Shown here in pieces: positions 46,232 through 58,500 of a DNA stretch of 64,000 nt (position 1 is the stretch's first letter; each line of letters starts with the position of its first letter). Below the pieces are notes generated by a model, which saw only the letters and a program-made list of their open reading frames with translations, ran no database searches and was not told the DNA's origin. The position numbers were made by a program, and so were the translations under genes. The DNA is taken from assembly GCA_001661245.1 (NCBI GenBank), contig KV454013.1:652502-716501 (forward strand). The letters are read 5' to 3'. Origin of the DNA: Pachysolen tannophilus NRRL Y-2460 (Eukaryota).

Positions 46232-46438
46232 TTACTGTTCTTTAAATCTCTGCTGCTGTTGTTGCTGTTGCTGTTGTTGTTGTTGTTTTTGCATCTCTAA
46301 TGGAGTTTCATTGTTCATCGAATGATCCACAGGACATGGAAGAAGACTATTCGATAACACTAGTCCAAAAGCAACAACGAATGTGGTTGAAAATAAAGAG
46401 TTTGTAAGCTGGTTTCTGGCTCTAGCTCTCATAAACAT
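46232..46438 (-). CDS. COA2: Cytochrome c oxidase assembly factor Coa2
   Basis: MRARARNQLTNSLFSTTFVVAF...LLPCP matches the Coa2 pattern; poly-Gln tail. ATG at 46438 or 46432. Confidence 0.8.
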   Translation of the reverse strand: MFMRARARNQLTNSLFSTTFVVAFGLVLSNSLLPCPVDHSMNNETPLEMQKQQQQQQQQQQQQRFKEQ

Positions 46439-46865
46439 CCTCAACAAAATTCAACTCTTTCGAATATATATACAAACTTCACCTCAATATTAATGTTATT
46501 CTACTATAGTTGTATATATGGCATGTTTGATTGAAAAAATATTACTGCAGTTTTTTTTTTTTTTACTTCTTCCCTTTCGAGGGCTGTTTTGTTGGGCCAA
46601 TTAAATTCGTTCAATTCTTAAGGCAACACAATTAGGCGCTGGAGACACTACCTGCGCCCGTGCCCCTTACCAGCGCACTGGGGCATTGGCGTACACGCGC
46701 ACCGGCGTACTCTCGCGCACCGGCGGGGGTCCATACAAAAAAAAAAAACTCCCGCGAGACCACAAGCCTGCGGACCTTGGGCACCTACGCAGAGTGAAGC
46801 AGGTGCAAAATTAATGTGTAAAGTTGGTGGATACACTGTAGACTAGACTTGGTTTTCTTCCAAAC

Positions 46866-48971
46866 TTAATCTTCTTGTCTCATGTTAATGTCTTTTGTTC
46901 TTAAGAAGGCAATGATTCCGTCTATATAATCTTGTTTTTTTGTTCCTTGGCATGTTATATTTTTGTTTTTAATGTAATTTTTCAATTCGTTCAGTTTGAA
47001 TGAATTTAAAGAATTGTTCTTGTAATTGACTAAGATTTCCTTATCAGTCAATTGTTTTACGTTATTTGCTTCTGGCTTGTGTTTCTTGATATATTGATCT
47101 TCGTAATTTGTCAATTTGTTTAGCATGGAGTTAAATGTTTTAATGAGCTCTGAGATATTGTTAGCAGTGGTCTCATCAATAACTTGCCTTCCTAGTTGTT
47201 TATTTTCAGGCATACTGCTTAATATATAGTTCCTAACATTTAAAATTTTTTTCTTTGTATTATCACTTTCGTTGAGTATCTCTTGCCTTAATTCTCCTTC
47301 ACTTGTCCATAAATTCAAATCACTTTCAATTTGGCAAATCTCATCTCTTAATCTTTCAAAATGCCAATTAATCATTGGATTGGGGTAATCACGAGATAAG
47401 TATTGGTCCTTAATGTAAAGTTTTTTCAAAATTCTTTCACATAATGAGGTCAACTCTATTGAGCATGGTTGTGGTTTTAAATTGTTCGGTAATTGTCGTA
47501 TGTCATCTTTAAATGGTAATCGTATAAGGAAAAATCCATCGGGGAAAGAGATTTTTTGATTTGAATATAATGAGGATGGAATCATGGAAAACAATGATGC
47601 TGGTGAATTGACTCTATTATAACCCCAAACAATAGCATATTTTTTGGAAATGTTTAAAGACTGAAATAAACATGAAAAAGTTCTTTGAGAATGGGTATAA
47701 TTACCATTATTATCTGGAACTAAAAAAGATGAATTCCTGATATTATAATGTAACATATAATGGTTAGCAAAAGATCGGAAACCAATTATTCTCAACATTG
47801 GCTCAGATGAAACCTCTCCAATTTTTTTAATCCTACTTAATTGTTCAACGGATAATGGAATATAATCATCATTTCCAAATTGGAAAACTTTTTTATTTAA
47901 AACTTTAGATGAAGAATGATCATTTTCTTCCCCTTTAAATGAAATCTCTTCACTTGTCCTTTCATCGAGAATAACCTGTTTTGATTCGACAATATTAAAA
48001 GATTCTCCTTCATTAACAACTTTCACAGCAGGGGAAACTTTTTCATGTGTGTATATGGAATAACCTTTAATTGATATTTTCAACTCAGGAGCTAATTCTA
48101 AAGGACAATTGAACAGAATCCTTTTAACTTCTTTCACTCTTTCAACTTTTGACTTGATATTATTGGGAGAGACTGTAGACACAATTGGCTTATCAAAATT
48201 TTCACATTCCCTTTCTTCATCATTGTTACTTTGTACATCTTGAAATAAAATTTGTTGGTATTCGGAAACATCAAATTCATAATTGTTTATGAAAAATGGT
48301 ACAATACTAATAAAAGCATCATCAAAATCAGACAAGATTTTTCTCAAAGTTAATTTCAATCTATAATTTTGATGGAAAGGTTTATCATTATCTGTAAATA
48401 AAAAAATTTTCCTAATATTATAACTCTTACGTTTTGAATTGTTTGAATTATTATAGAAAAAAACATCTTGAATTTCGTTTAAAATATCAAATAATGAAGT
48501 CCGTTTTTGTCCATCATCTTTGACGGGTGGAAACCTTTCTACCAACGATTTCCTACCTATCCTATCATCTTCCAATACATCATTAACCAATTTAACACTA
48601 TCTGCATTTAAATCGAGCAATGGCAAAAAAATATCAATATTTTTTCTTTCTTCCTCAGTATCAACATTGAAAAAATAACAACCAATTCCTGTATTTGGTA
48701 GAGTCACCACTAAATTAGTCATTGTATCTAATAAGGACTCCAAAATTTCTCTTATTTGTGAGTTCCCATCCAATAATGGATCTGGATCAAACATTTTCCA
48801 AGATAATTCTATACAAAAGATAATACCTTCTTTAATCTCATATGGCTATAATACAATTCACCTTCTTTTTTATCAGTAATCCATTCAAAAAATAACAAAA
48901 AAAAAACAACTTACGTTCCTACCCATTAGCTCATTGCTCTTACCATTTTGACGATCTTGAGGATCAGACAT
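46866..48971 (-). CDS. YKU70: Ku70; exons 48971-48915 and 48845-46866
   Basis: Intron GTAAGT...TAG (48914-48846) adds YEIKEGIIFCIELS (vWA strand 1). Also IFLFTDNDKP, LRIIGF, LPFKDDIR, YPNP and a C-terminal SAP-like segment. Confidence 0.9.
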
Positions 48972-49358
48972 GGCAGTTTCAACATAAGAATATCTATCAT
49001 CAAGCTCTATAAGCGCTATATATTTACTTCTTTTGTTTTAATCCGTATTAAATCGCTATTATGCACGATGCCTTAGTTTACTTACTATCTTTACTACCCA
49101 AAAAAAAAACACACACACACATACAAACAAAAAGGTAGTGAGCGCGCACGCCAAAATGTACAAAACAATTTTCAAACAAAAAACATAAAAAAAGAAAGAA
49201 AAAAACCGCCCTTAAATTGGGTTTTGGAAAAAAGACTACCAAAAAAATATAAAAATTTTCAAGGACATAAATACCAGCAAAAAAAAGAAAAAACGATTGA
49301 TACGGATATAATATATTTATTCAGTGTTTAGTAGACATCAATCATAATAAGAATAAGA

Positions 49359-49616
49359 ATGTCCCAGTTTTTCAAGATAACACAGTTAAAGTCAACAATA
49401 GCTCTTCCACAGAAGTATAAAGATACTATGCTGAGGTTAGGCTTGAAAAAGAGAGGCTCAGTAGTTTTCCATAATATAACTCCTCAACAAGCAGGGATGA
49501 TTGCTACGGTAAAAGAGTTGGTTAAAGTTGAATTGGTAGATGAAAAATTATCTAATGAAAGTTTGAGAGCTTTACGTAGATCTAATCCTGGTTTCACAAT
49601 AGAGAAAAAGAGTTGA
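49359..49616 (+). CDS. MRPL33: Mitochondrial ribosomal protein uL30m
   Basis: FKITQLKSTI.LP, LGLKKRG, AGMI..VKELVKVE and RRSNPGF. Confidence 0.92.
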   Translation: MSQFFKITQLKSTIALPQKYKDTMLRLGLKKRGSVVFHNITPQQAGMIATVKELVKVELVDEKLSNESLRALRRSNPGFTIEKKS

Positions 49617-50052
49617 ATGAGTGAATGGTACTATTGATTTTCAAAAAAAAAAATTTTAAAAAAAAAGAAACAAATAAATCTAATTGATTGTTTCCTTTTC
49701 CTTGGATATATAACAAATATAACTAAAAAATAAATAGAAAACTTGTATGTAAATTATAATTAAATGTATTTAATGATGAAATCTTTTTTATTTTAGTTGT
49801 AGATTAGTTAGTTATCTCTTACAGTTAATATTGGGTATTAAACATTGAAACACGAAATATGTACGTATTGGGAAATAAAAAAATAAACTTTTTCCTATTG
49901 TTTACCTTGCTCTAGACGTGCCTTGTTTGAAATTGTGATTCAGTTTCCCCAACCTTTTCATATAAGTTCATTTTGAATCTCATCCAGATTATAATTTCAT
50001 TGTAATCGATTTTCTGACATAGATCAGGCGAGTGACTTCTGCATAGTTGGTA

Positions 50053-52209
50053 ATGGATCCAGTATCAATAGATAATAATAATAAGTCAACTCTCAACAAC
50101 TGGTTGAGTCGATCTTCATCCGCGGCAAACAATAATACCACATCGAATAACAATAATACCACTTCTAGTAAAAGGTATTCATTGAATTTAGGGAATTTAA
50201 GAAGATCATCTTCTTCTACAAAAGTACCAATATCCACTTCAGCAATTACAATAGATACTTCAACAGCAACTAAAAATTTACAACCAATCAATACAAATGA
50301 ATTATTTAACGGCGGTAATTTTTATTCTTTGCGTAAAAGGAATTCGTATTCACTTTCAACAAATTTAAAAGAATCTCTTGAGCAATCATCTCAAAAATTT
50401 GTCATTCGTGATTTAAAAGTTACAGTTCCAACTTTAGTACATAAATGTTGTCAATTCATTTTAGAAAATGAACTTTTAGAAGGATTATTTAGAATTAATT
50501 CTTCTTTGAAAAAAATAAAATATTTGGAATCCAAAATCCATGAATCTTTAAATGATAATCACGATTTCGAATTTATGGAATTATTGGATAATACCAAGAA
50601 AAATGATCCAAATACCATGGATGAGTTAAATAGTTATGATGTGTCAATGGTGTTGAAGAGGTATTTAAATAATTTGGATCATTATCTTATTAATAAAGAA
50701 CTATATGGTAAATTAGTTAAAAATCATAACGGCGGTAACACTGCTATCGAATCTCCAGATTCTTTACAATCATTTGGTAGTTGTTTGACTTCTCTGACTG
50801 CAGTCGAAACTTATTCACCTTTTTCATCACGTACAAGTTTAGTAAGTGATGATAGTACTAATACTAGTTGCTCTGTAGGTAATGTCGTCAAGACAGAAAC
50901 TCAGTTGTCCAAAGATGTTACAATTACCAGCATGTTATCCGCCGATGCTAAATTATTAGTATCATCATTACCTTTAGAAAGTTTAAACTTATTAATCTAT
51001 TTATTAGATCATTTATCGTCATTAATCAATTTAAAAGATTTCACAGAAATTACTAAAATGAGTTCAATTACTTTATCTAAAATTTTTCAAATTTCAATTT
51101 TTGAATATAGTAATGAGATTAATGATTCTGCTGATAATTTATTGAATTTTTATAAAAAAAATGAAGAAATTTTAAGAAATTGGATTGAAAATTTTGATAT
51201 TTTTTTCAATGAATTGGTTAAATTTATGAATTTGCAAAAAGAAGGTCAATTATCTGCTCCTGTATCGCTGTCATTGTCACCAACAACAACTTCAATTTCT
51301 CCTGAAGATCAAGATATGCCACATCCAACAATCCCATTAAATTCTTTTGAAAATCCACCAGATTTCAATGCTTCATATATGGATGCAAATACATCAGCAG
51401 ATAACCTCAAAAAATCAAGAAGAAAATCGCTTTTTGGGTTTTCTTATAGATCATTTAGTTCTCCTTCAACAAATACAATTCATTCTGGTTTTACGAATAC
51501 CAAAGAAAGTCTTACACTTACATCTAACCAACAAAATTGCGATGACCAAAAAGCAGAAGATAGCACTAACGTTAGCGTCAGCACTATTATTCCTGAACAA
51601 GAAGATACCTTTGATGGCAGTGATCAGGCTAAAGCCAAAAGATTCCCCGTTGAAGGCAATAAGAAATCAGAGGGAGGTCTCGTTAAAGCTTCAAGTGTCT
51701 TGGCCCATTCAATTTCTCAAATTAATGTTCCTAAAACGAGAAAATTGGTTTCTTCGAGAAGTGTCAGTCAAATTAATAGTGATGGCAAAAAAAATATGAA
51801 TACCCCGCCACACTCCAAATTACCTTCTTCAACTTCAAATAAGACCACTGATATCAATCTGGTCTCCAGCGGCTGGACCGATAATAAAGCTGTTAAGGCA
51901 AAAAGGAGAATATCTTCTTACATCTTTAGTACTGGTGGTGGCGGCGATATTGCTGGTAAGGATAGAGATAGGAGCCAACCAAGAAGTTTTTCTGAAACTC
52001 TTTGGAAGGATCCAACCACAGGATTACTGAAAGAGCCATTAGTTAGTAACTCAATTTCGAGAGCTTCTCATCACGAGTTAATTAGAAGAAAAACTTTCAA
52101 CGTGGATACAAAGTTTAGCAAAAAGAAAGAATCATTAAAGGAAACATTTTTAGCACTGGATGATAGCATTAAAAGAAACAGGAGATTAAGTCTCAGATTA
52201 TTTGGATAA
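50053..52209 (+). CDS. RhoGAP-domain protein
   Basis: VPTLVHKCCQFI, EGLFRINSS (arginine finger), DVSMVLKRYL and TKMS..TLSKIF. ATG at 50053. Confidence 0.82.
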   Translation: MDPVSIDNNNKSTLNNWLSRSSSAANNNTTSNNNNTTSSKRYSLNLGNLRRSSSSTKVPISTSAITIDTSTATKNLQPINTNELFNGGNFYSLRKRNSYSLSTNLKESLEQSSQKFVIRDLKVTVPTLVHKCCQFILENELLEGLFRINSSLKKIKYLESKIHESLNDNHDFEFMELLDNTKKNDPNTMDELNSYDVSMVLKRYLNNLDHYLINKELYGKLVKNHNGGNTAIESPDSLQSFGSCLTSLTAVETYSPFSSRTSLVSDDSTNTSCSVGNVVKTETQLSKDVTITSMLSADAKLLVSSLPLESLNLLIYLLDHLSSLINLKDFTEITKMSSITLSKIFQISIFEYSNEINDSADNLLNFYKKNEEILRNWIENFDIFFNELVKFMNLQKEGQLSAPVSLSLSPTTTSISPEDQDMPHPTIPLNSFENPPDFNASYMDANTSADNLKKSRRKSLFGFSYRSFSSPSTNTIHSGFTNTKESLTLTSNQQNCDDQKAEDSTNVSVSTIIPEQEDTFDGSDQAKAKRFPVEGNKKSEGGLVKASSVLAHSISQINVPKTRKLVSSRSVSQINSDGKKNMNTPPHSKLPSSTSNKTTDINLVSSGWTDNKAVKAKRRISSYIFSTGGGGDIAGKDRDRSQPRSFSETLWKDPTTGLLKEPLVSNSISRASHHELIRRKTFNVDTKFSKKKESLKETFLALDDSIKRNRRLSLRLFG

Positions 52210-52592
52210 ATGGATATGCGGAACGTGTGTAAGCTGTGTTATGCTCTTCACACTTTGAGTTTTTTAATTTTAATTTAAGGGTATACAAGCTGTTGCTGTT
52301 ATATATTGCAATTTCTATATGGGCAAATATTAATAAAAATAAATTAATTATCTATTCAAGTTCAATGCGAACAACCTTTTGTTGTATACCGTAAATGGAT
52401 ATTTTGCATTTAGGTGCACTTCCTATATTTTGCTTTTTTTGATTAAGAGCTTTAAATATCAAAATACACACTAGAAATAATAAAAGTAACCGCTGTTAGA
52501 CTATTGTAAATTAACTGTTTTTCAATTAAGATCGAGTGATAGAACTTGGGGGACTGGAGAAGTTGCTTTGTGATTGCATATGTATTTTGAAA

Positions 52593-55500
52593 ATGAGTTA
52601 CGAAACGTTGCTAATTCCCATGAACTCTTCTATAGACCAAGATAGAGTTTTTTTAGTTTATTGGATATTGGCATTATGCAGTTCGATTACTATTATTTTT
52701 TATTTCAATCGATATGTTGGATTTATGATATCGTTCTTAATAAATAAGTTTTTGCAATTATATCTTCGTTATGAGATTCGAATAAAGGTTCAGTCTTTCA
52801 AGATTTCATTTTTGGGAGGAAGGTTTTTTTTCAAAAATTTTTCTATAATAACAAAAGACTATACTTTGTTAGTACTACAAGGTTCCTTAACTTGGAGGTA
52901 TTGGTTAAGATTACCTAGAAAAACAAAATTGGAATTAGATGATGAAAATTTGAAAAATGACAGTTTAGCTTCCAGATTCTTACTACAAATTGATGGATGT
53001 GAAATGTTTTTATATAACAGATCGGTTGCATACGACAACTTGATGGATTTCATCAAGAGATCAGATGCTACCGCGAGTGAAGAGATAAATAACGCATTTG
53101 AAGAGCATGATTTTTTCAGTTCAGATACTAGTGATTCGAAAAATAAAGCACAGCAAAACAATTCATTATCAGATAACGAAAAAGATGCTAACACTATAGT
53201 AAATGTTGATAATGAGATTGCTATTAAGAATAATAATAATAGATTTAAACTATTTTCCAGAATGGACTTATTTCCAATTTCATTGACCGTTAAAAAAGGT
53301 TCGCTAGTGATAGGAAATGAAACTACATCTTCTATACTAGTAATATCCTATCAGTCAATTGACAATGGGTTAATTGATTTGACAAAATGTGGGAATAAAT
53401 TGGATTTACATGGTATAGAATACACTATGAACTTGAACAATTTGAAAGTTTCCTTAACAAAAAATTACAGTTATAAAAATACATCTGTTGACTACAAAAC
53501 TAAAAAGAAACATAAGAATTTACAAAGATTTAAAAAAACTAAACTTTATAAAATTTTAGAAAAAATTTTATTTGGAAACCAAAAGAAGAAACCGGCTTTC
53601 GCTAAGGAGCAGGAGTGGGTAGGTTTACTGAGATATTTGGGGCAGGATCACTCATTTATAAATGTTAAACACCATGAAATAGAGCAAGAAGAATACGCAA
53701 GATATACAACCATATTAGATTCAAAGTTATGTAATTTTAATTACTACTATGACATTCCGGGTTTTGTGCCCAGGGTTCAGGAACCGCTTCTAGAGTCAAC
53801 TGATATTGGTAACAGCGGTTCTCTGCCTAAAACAGGTATAACTTTTGAACTTTCTCATTCAACAGTGCATTACGGACCTTGGGCTCATAGAGAAAGAATA
53901 GATTTACATAAAATGATTTTTCCATCGGCATGCAGAGATGCAATTCCTTTTAGTTATTTGAAGCCAGGAAGTAGGAGAAGATATACCGAATTCAACATCA
54001 AAGTTGATATAAAAGATGATTTAGTAATGCGGGTTCCATTTAGAGAGTTGACAAAGCGTACTGAGGATCATGAAAAAGATTTATCAAAGAATAATGAAAC
54101 TCTTATAGAAGAAGAAGAAAAAGATGTTGAGGAAGGTAAAACTAAAAATTCGAAAAGAGTTATACCATTTTCATGGATTGATATCAAAGTTTCTGGTGGA
54201 ACATACTCATCTATTTCAACGTCCTATATTCCAACGCTGGAAAATGGATTTCAAAATAATCTTAATCTGGTATTAATTAAACCAGAAATACGAACATCAA
54301 TTAACCATGATATTTTTTTCCAAAGTTCAAGACATGAAATAGACTGTAACTTGAATTTCCCTTTGGAATGGAATGGTTTGACTAAATGGTATTTTAACAA
54401 CTCATCTACAAATTCAGAAATTTTTTTACTTCGCGATCATATTTACTTACTAAGTTATCTAGTAGGTGATTTTTCTCTGGGTGCTCCACCACAATATGAA
54501 TTATTTAAGCCTTTTAAATATTTCATTAATTGGAAATTTAACTCGGGTTACAAAATATTTCTAAATATCAACGATAGTAACATTATTAATAATCCTTTGG
54601 ATTTCAATGATAATGTGTTTTTGTCTATCCAGGGTGATAGTTTAGATTTCGGTTTGGAAATTCCCTTAGATAACATTTTAAGAAAATCAACACTGCTTCC
54701 TTATAGTATCAGGACCCTGGCTTTCAAGTTAATATTGGATACACCACCTTGGCATACTTTGAACAATTTTTTGAAAGACAATGTAGTGGGTCATAGTGAA
54801 AATTTTGTCATTACTGGTTCTTACATATCGAACTCTAAAGTCGATATCAATGCAATTGATAGCATTTCTATTGATTGTAACTGTGAAAATACCGTTCTAC
54901 AGACGTATGGGTTTATTATCAAATACCTGATGAAAATTAGAGAAAATTATTTTGGTGACCATAAACATTTCAAAACTTTAGATGAATATATTACTGGATT
55001 GAACAAAATACCATCTGGGGTTAAGGAAGCGTTTCATGATAGTTATGCAGAAGCAAATGCCTCAGAGGTAAAATCTGATAATTTGAATAGTGCTGAAACT
55101 AATGCTGATGCAGGATCGAATCTTCGAAATCATCATTTTCTTAGAATTGAAAATGAACTAGATGTATTATTCTCGTTTTTTGTGAAAAAGGCTGCTATTA
55201 TATTGCCCTCTCATCTCTATAACTGTGATTCTTTCATTAGCTTATTTTTTGATACATTAGATGTTGATCTTAGATATACCAACTACTACATGGACTTTCA
55301 GGCAAATACATCTGAAGTCAGATCTAAAGTAGCTGAAGTCACAAAAAGTGATACCAATTTTTATGATTATGTTTTCGAAATTGATATGTCAGAACCGGAT
55401 TTACTAATCAATGAAGGCGTCTCCATTCATGGTCATAGAATGTTTGGGTTGCCACCAGTTGAACCTACGTATTTTTGTAAATGGGATTTCACCACTGGTG

Positions 55501-58500
55501 TTGTCATATTAAATGACACTAGAACTAATAAATTTCTAAGCTGTATGGAAACTTGCATGAATAATTTACATCTTTCAAGAAAGGATATCGAGAATGCGCT
55601 TCTTGTCGACGTACCCATTATTTATGATATCACTGTCATTACTTTTAGCTGTCCTAGCATTTTACTTATTTTAGACCCCAGCAGCGAAAAACATAGCAAA
55701 AATCCAAGATTAGAGATAACATTGTCCGATATATCCTTCGATTTTAATGATTTTGCAAATGATAGATATTCCAAAAGAATTAATTTTAAAGCTCCTGATA
55801 TTTCTTTGAAGTTGGTAGATAAGGAGACAGGTTGTTTGAAAGGCTGCTTAGAGACCACTCTCATAGTTACAAATTTTATACAGTCGCAAGATTTTGAAAA
55901 CAAAAGAAATTTGCAGCAAACTCATATTAGGATAAACGATGCTCCGTTTCACAGACTTCCTTATTTTGTGGAGCTGGAGAACAGAAATAAAAACTACAAC
56001 AAACTTTATAAAATAATTAAACCATCCATAATATTACCCGATTTACCACCACCTTTGAATAGTCAATCAGTTGACTTTGTATTTGAGGAGTTGCCATTTT
56101 TCGATGATAACTACTGGGATGAAAATTCGTCGGAGGAAAATCCTTCCACTTCTGAAAGTTTTAAGTCAATCAGATTGAAAAATATTTCTTCAAATTTAGG
56201 AAACGCAAACACTCCCGACTTGAAAAATAAACCATCTTTATTGGGAGAGAATTTTCCGAATTTTTGCTTTTACTCAACTTCAGAATTTACGCCTCTGTAT
56301 GCGCCAGATCCAAACTATGAATATGATAATTTTATTATTAATTTGGGATCAGTGAAAGCTTTTCTAGCTCCTTCCTCACTTTCAGTATTTCCGGATTTGA
56401 TAGATAATTTAGACAGTTTTACAGTGGAAAATGTTATGGACTCATTGCAAAGTACTATTATAACGCACTTGCAAAATCACCTGAAACTACCATCATCTGT
56501 TATTAATATCAGATTTGTTTCTCCCACTGTTGATTTCAAGCTAGGTGAATTTGAAAATATTCAAACAATGGATGAGGTGTTCGATTACAATGTCGAAAAT
56601 TTGAAAGGATATGCAAGCCATATTGATGTAAAAATTGTTAATCCTTCTCTAGTGGCATCGGTAAAAAAAACGAAAGGTTCCAATGGACTTTTAGGTGCTA
56701 TGCATAAAGATCTGATAGAGGTGGAAAAACATCTGGCTCTTCACATTAGAGAAGTTAAGATTGGCTTAGTTAAGTATGAACGCGAAAGCGATATTTCTAT
56801 TTTTGCTGGCGACAGTTATATGCTATCATTTTCACTAAATGATTTGGAATTTTGGGCTACAAGTACTATTGGAATCACTCGTTCCTTCAATATTCGAACT
56901 TTAGACGTTTCTTTAGATTCAAATAATTTGATTTGGATAGGAAACTTTTTATCTAAGAATATTAATAATTTTTTGTTTGTTTTTAATGAACTTAAATCAA
57001 GTTCCTCAAATAAGAAAAAAAGTGAAGTTGAACTATTATATTCATTATCAGTTGCGAGCGCGAATTACGGCGTTGAACATGATCCAGCAGTTTTGACCAA
57101 ACCCGCTTATATTACTAGGTCATCAACAAGTCATATAAGATCGAAGGATAGTTGGAAAGTTCTTACGAGGTTACGTCACGTTTTGCAAAATTTACCACCA
57201 GAGTGGCTTGAAAATACTAACAAGTCCTTTCAAACTCGTTCTTGGGAAGCTCCTGCAGAATCATTAAATGCGGTCTTAGATGTTTTTAAAAGATGGAGAA
57301 GCTGGGAATTTTCCGATATAGAACATTGCTATGTTTTTAAGTACGTTTTTGATTTGCCTTTAGTAGCTGTTAATGAAAAGAAGACATACGAAAACAGTAA
57401 TCTTCATTTTGGCATTGAGGGTCTAACGTTAAGACTTATTGCGCTAGATATTGAGGATGATTATGTTTCTATTGACTATCTTGCACTATCAGTGTTTATA
57501 GAACGGGAAATTTTTCTACCGGAATTTCTGCTATTGAATATGGATGATGATACAGATCGTAAAGGGCTAAATATTAACGTTGTATTTAGCTTAGGTTCAT
57601 TGAGAGATAAAATAAGTCCAGTTATTTTCAAACTAAAGGAATTATGGGAAAATATTGATATCACAAGACACAAACCTAATTCTTCATCCAATGCCTCAAT
57701 AAATCATGAAAATGAATCTTTTGAGGACCAATCACCAAAAAAACACGTTCCGATGTGTCTTAATGTTTCTTGTGTTATTGACAAAATTTTCCACAAATTG
57801 AAAGTGGATAAAACTGGATTATCTATCACCTATAATGATTTAGCCTTGACAACTTTGATTATTACAACTTGTGACCTAAAAAATAATCTACCTTTTGATG
57901 TCGTTTTGGCCTGTGATTATATGGAGTCTGAAGTTTTTCTAAACGAAAGTGCTGTTTTGAGTCATGTCATCAAAGAGAGCAACATCATATTTTCTAGTGC
58001 TGGAACGCTTGATGAGGGGTTGAAAAGAATGGAAATATCTTCTAAGGAACTCGGATTCAAATGTGATCAAGGAACAGATGAGTATATCTTGTTAGTTGAT
58101 ACTATACTTGACAACGAATTAAAATTTTTCGATCCTCTTAAGGAGATGAAAGCATCGTATAATAAGCACAGGAAGCCATATCTTTTGCCAGAGATCAGCG
58201 ATGATAGCTCTAATTCATTTGCTCCTAAGCTATTGTCAGACTTTATAAAGTTTTCGTTTTTAGTTTCGTTCAAAGTGGATCAAATAAATTGGGATATCGA
58301 GGTTCTTTCTCCTTTAAAATTCAATGGTATTATAGGAGGGGTTTCCTCGCAAATTCATATCGTGAAAGATGTCCTTGTTTCGGATATCCAATTTGACTCA
58401 ATGACAACTAATTTGATCTCATCTAAAAATGGAATTGAGACATTTCTATATCTGAAAACAGAATTATCTAACTTGAACCTTTTTGCGAAAGCTTTGTTAT

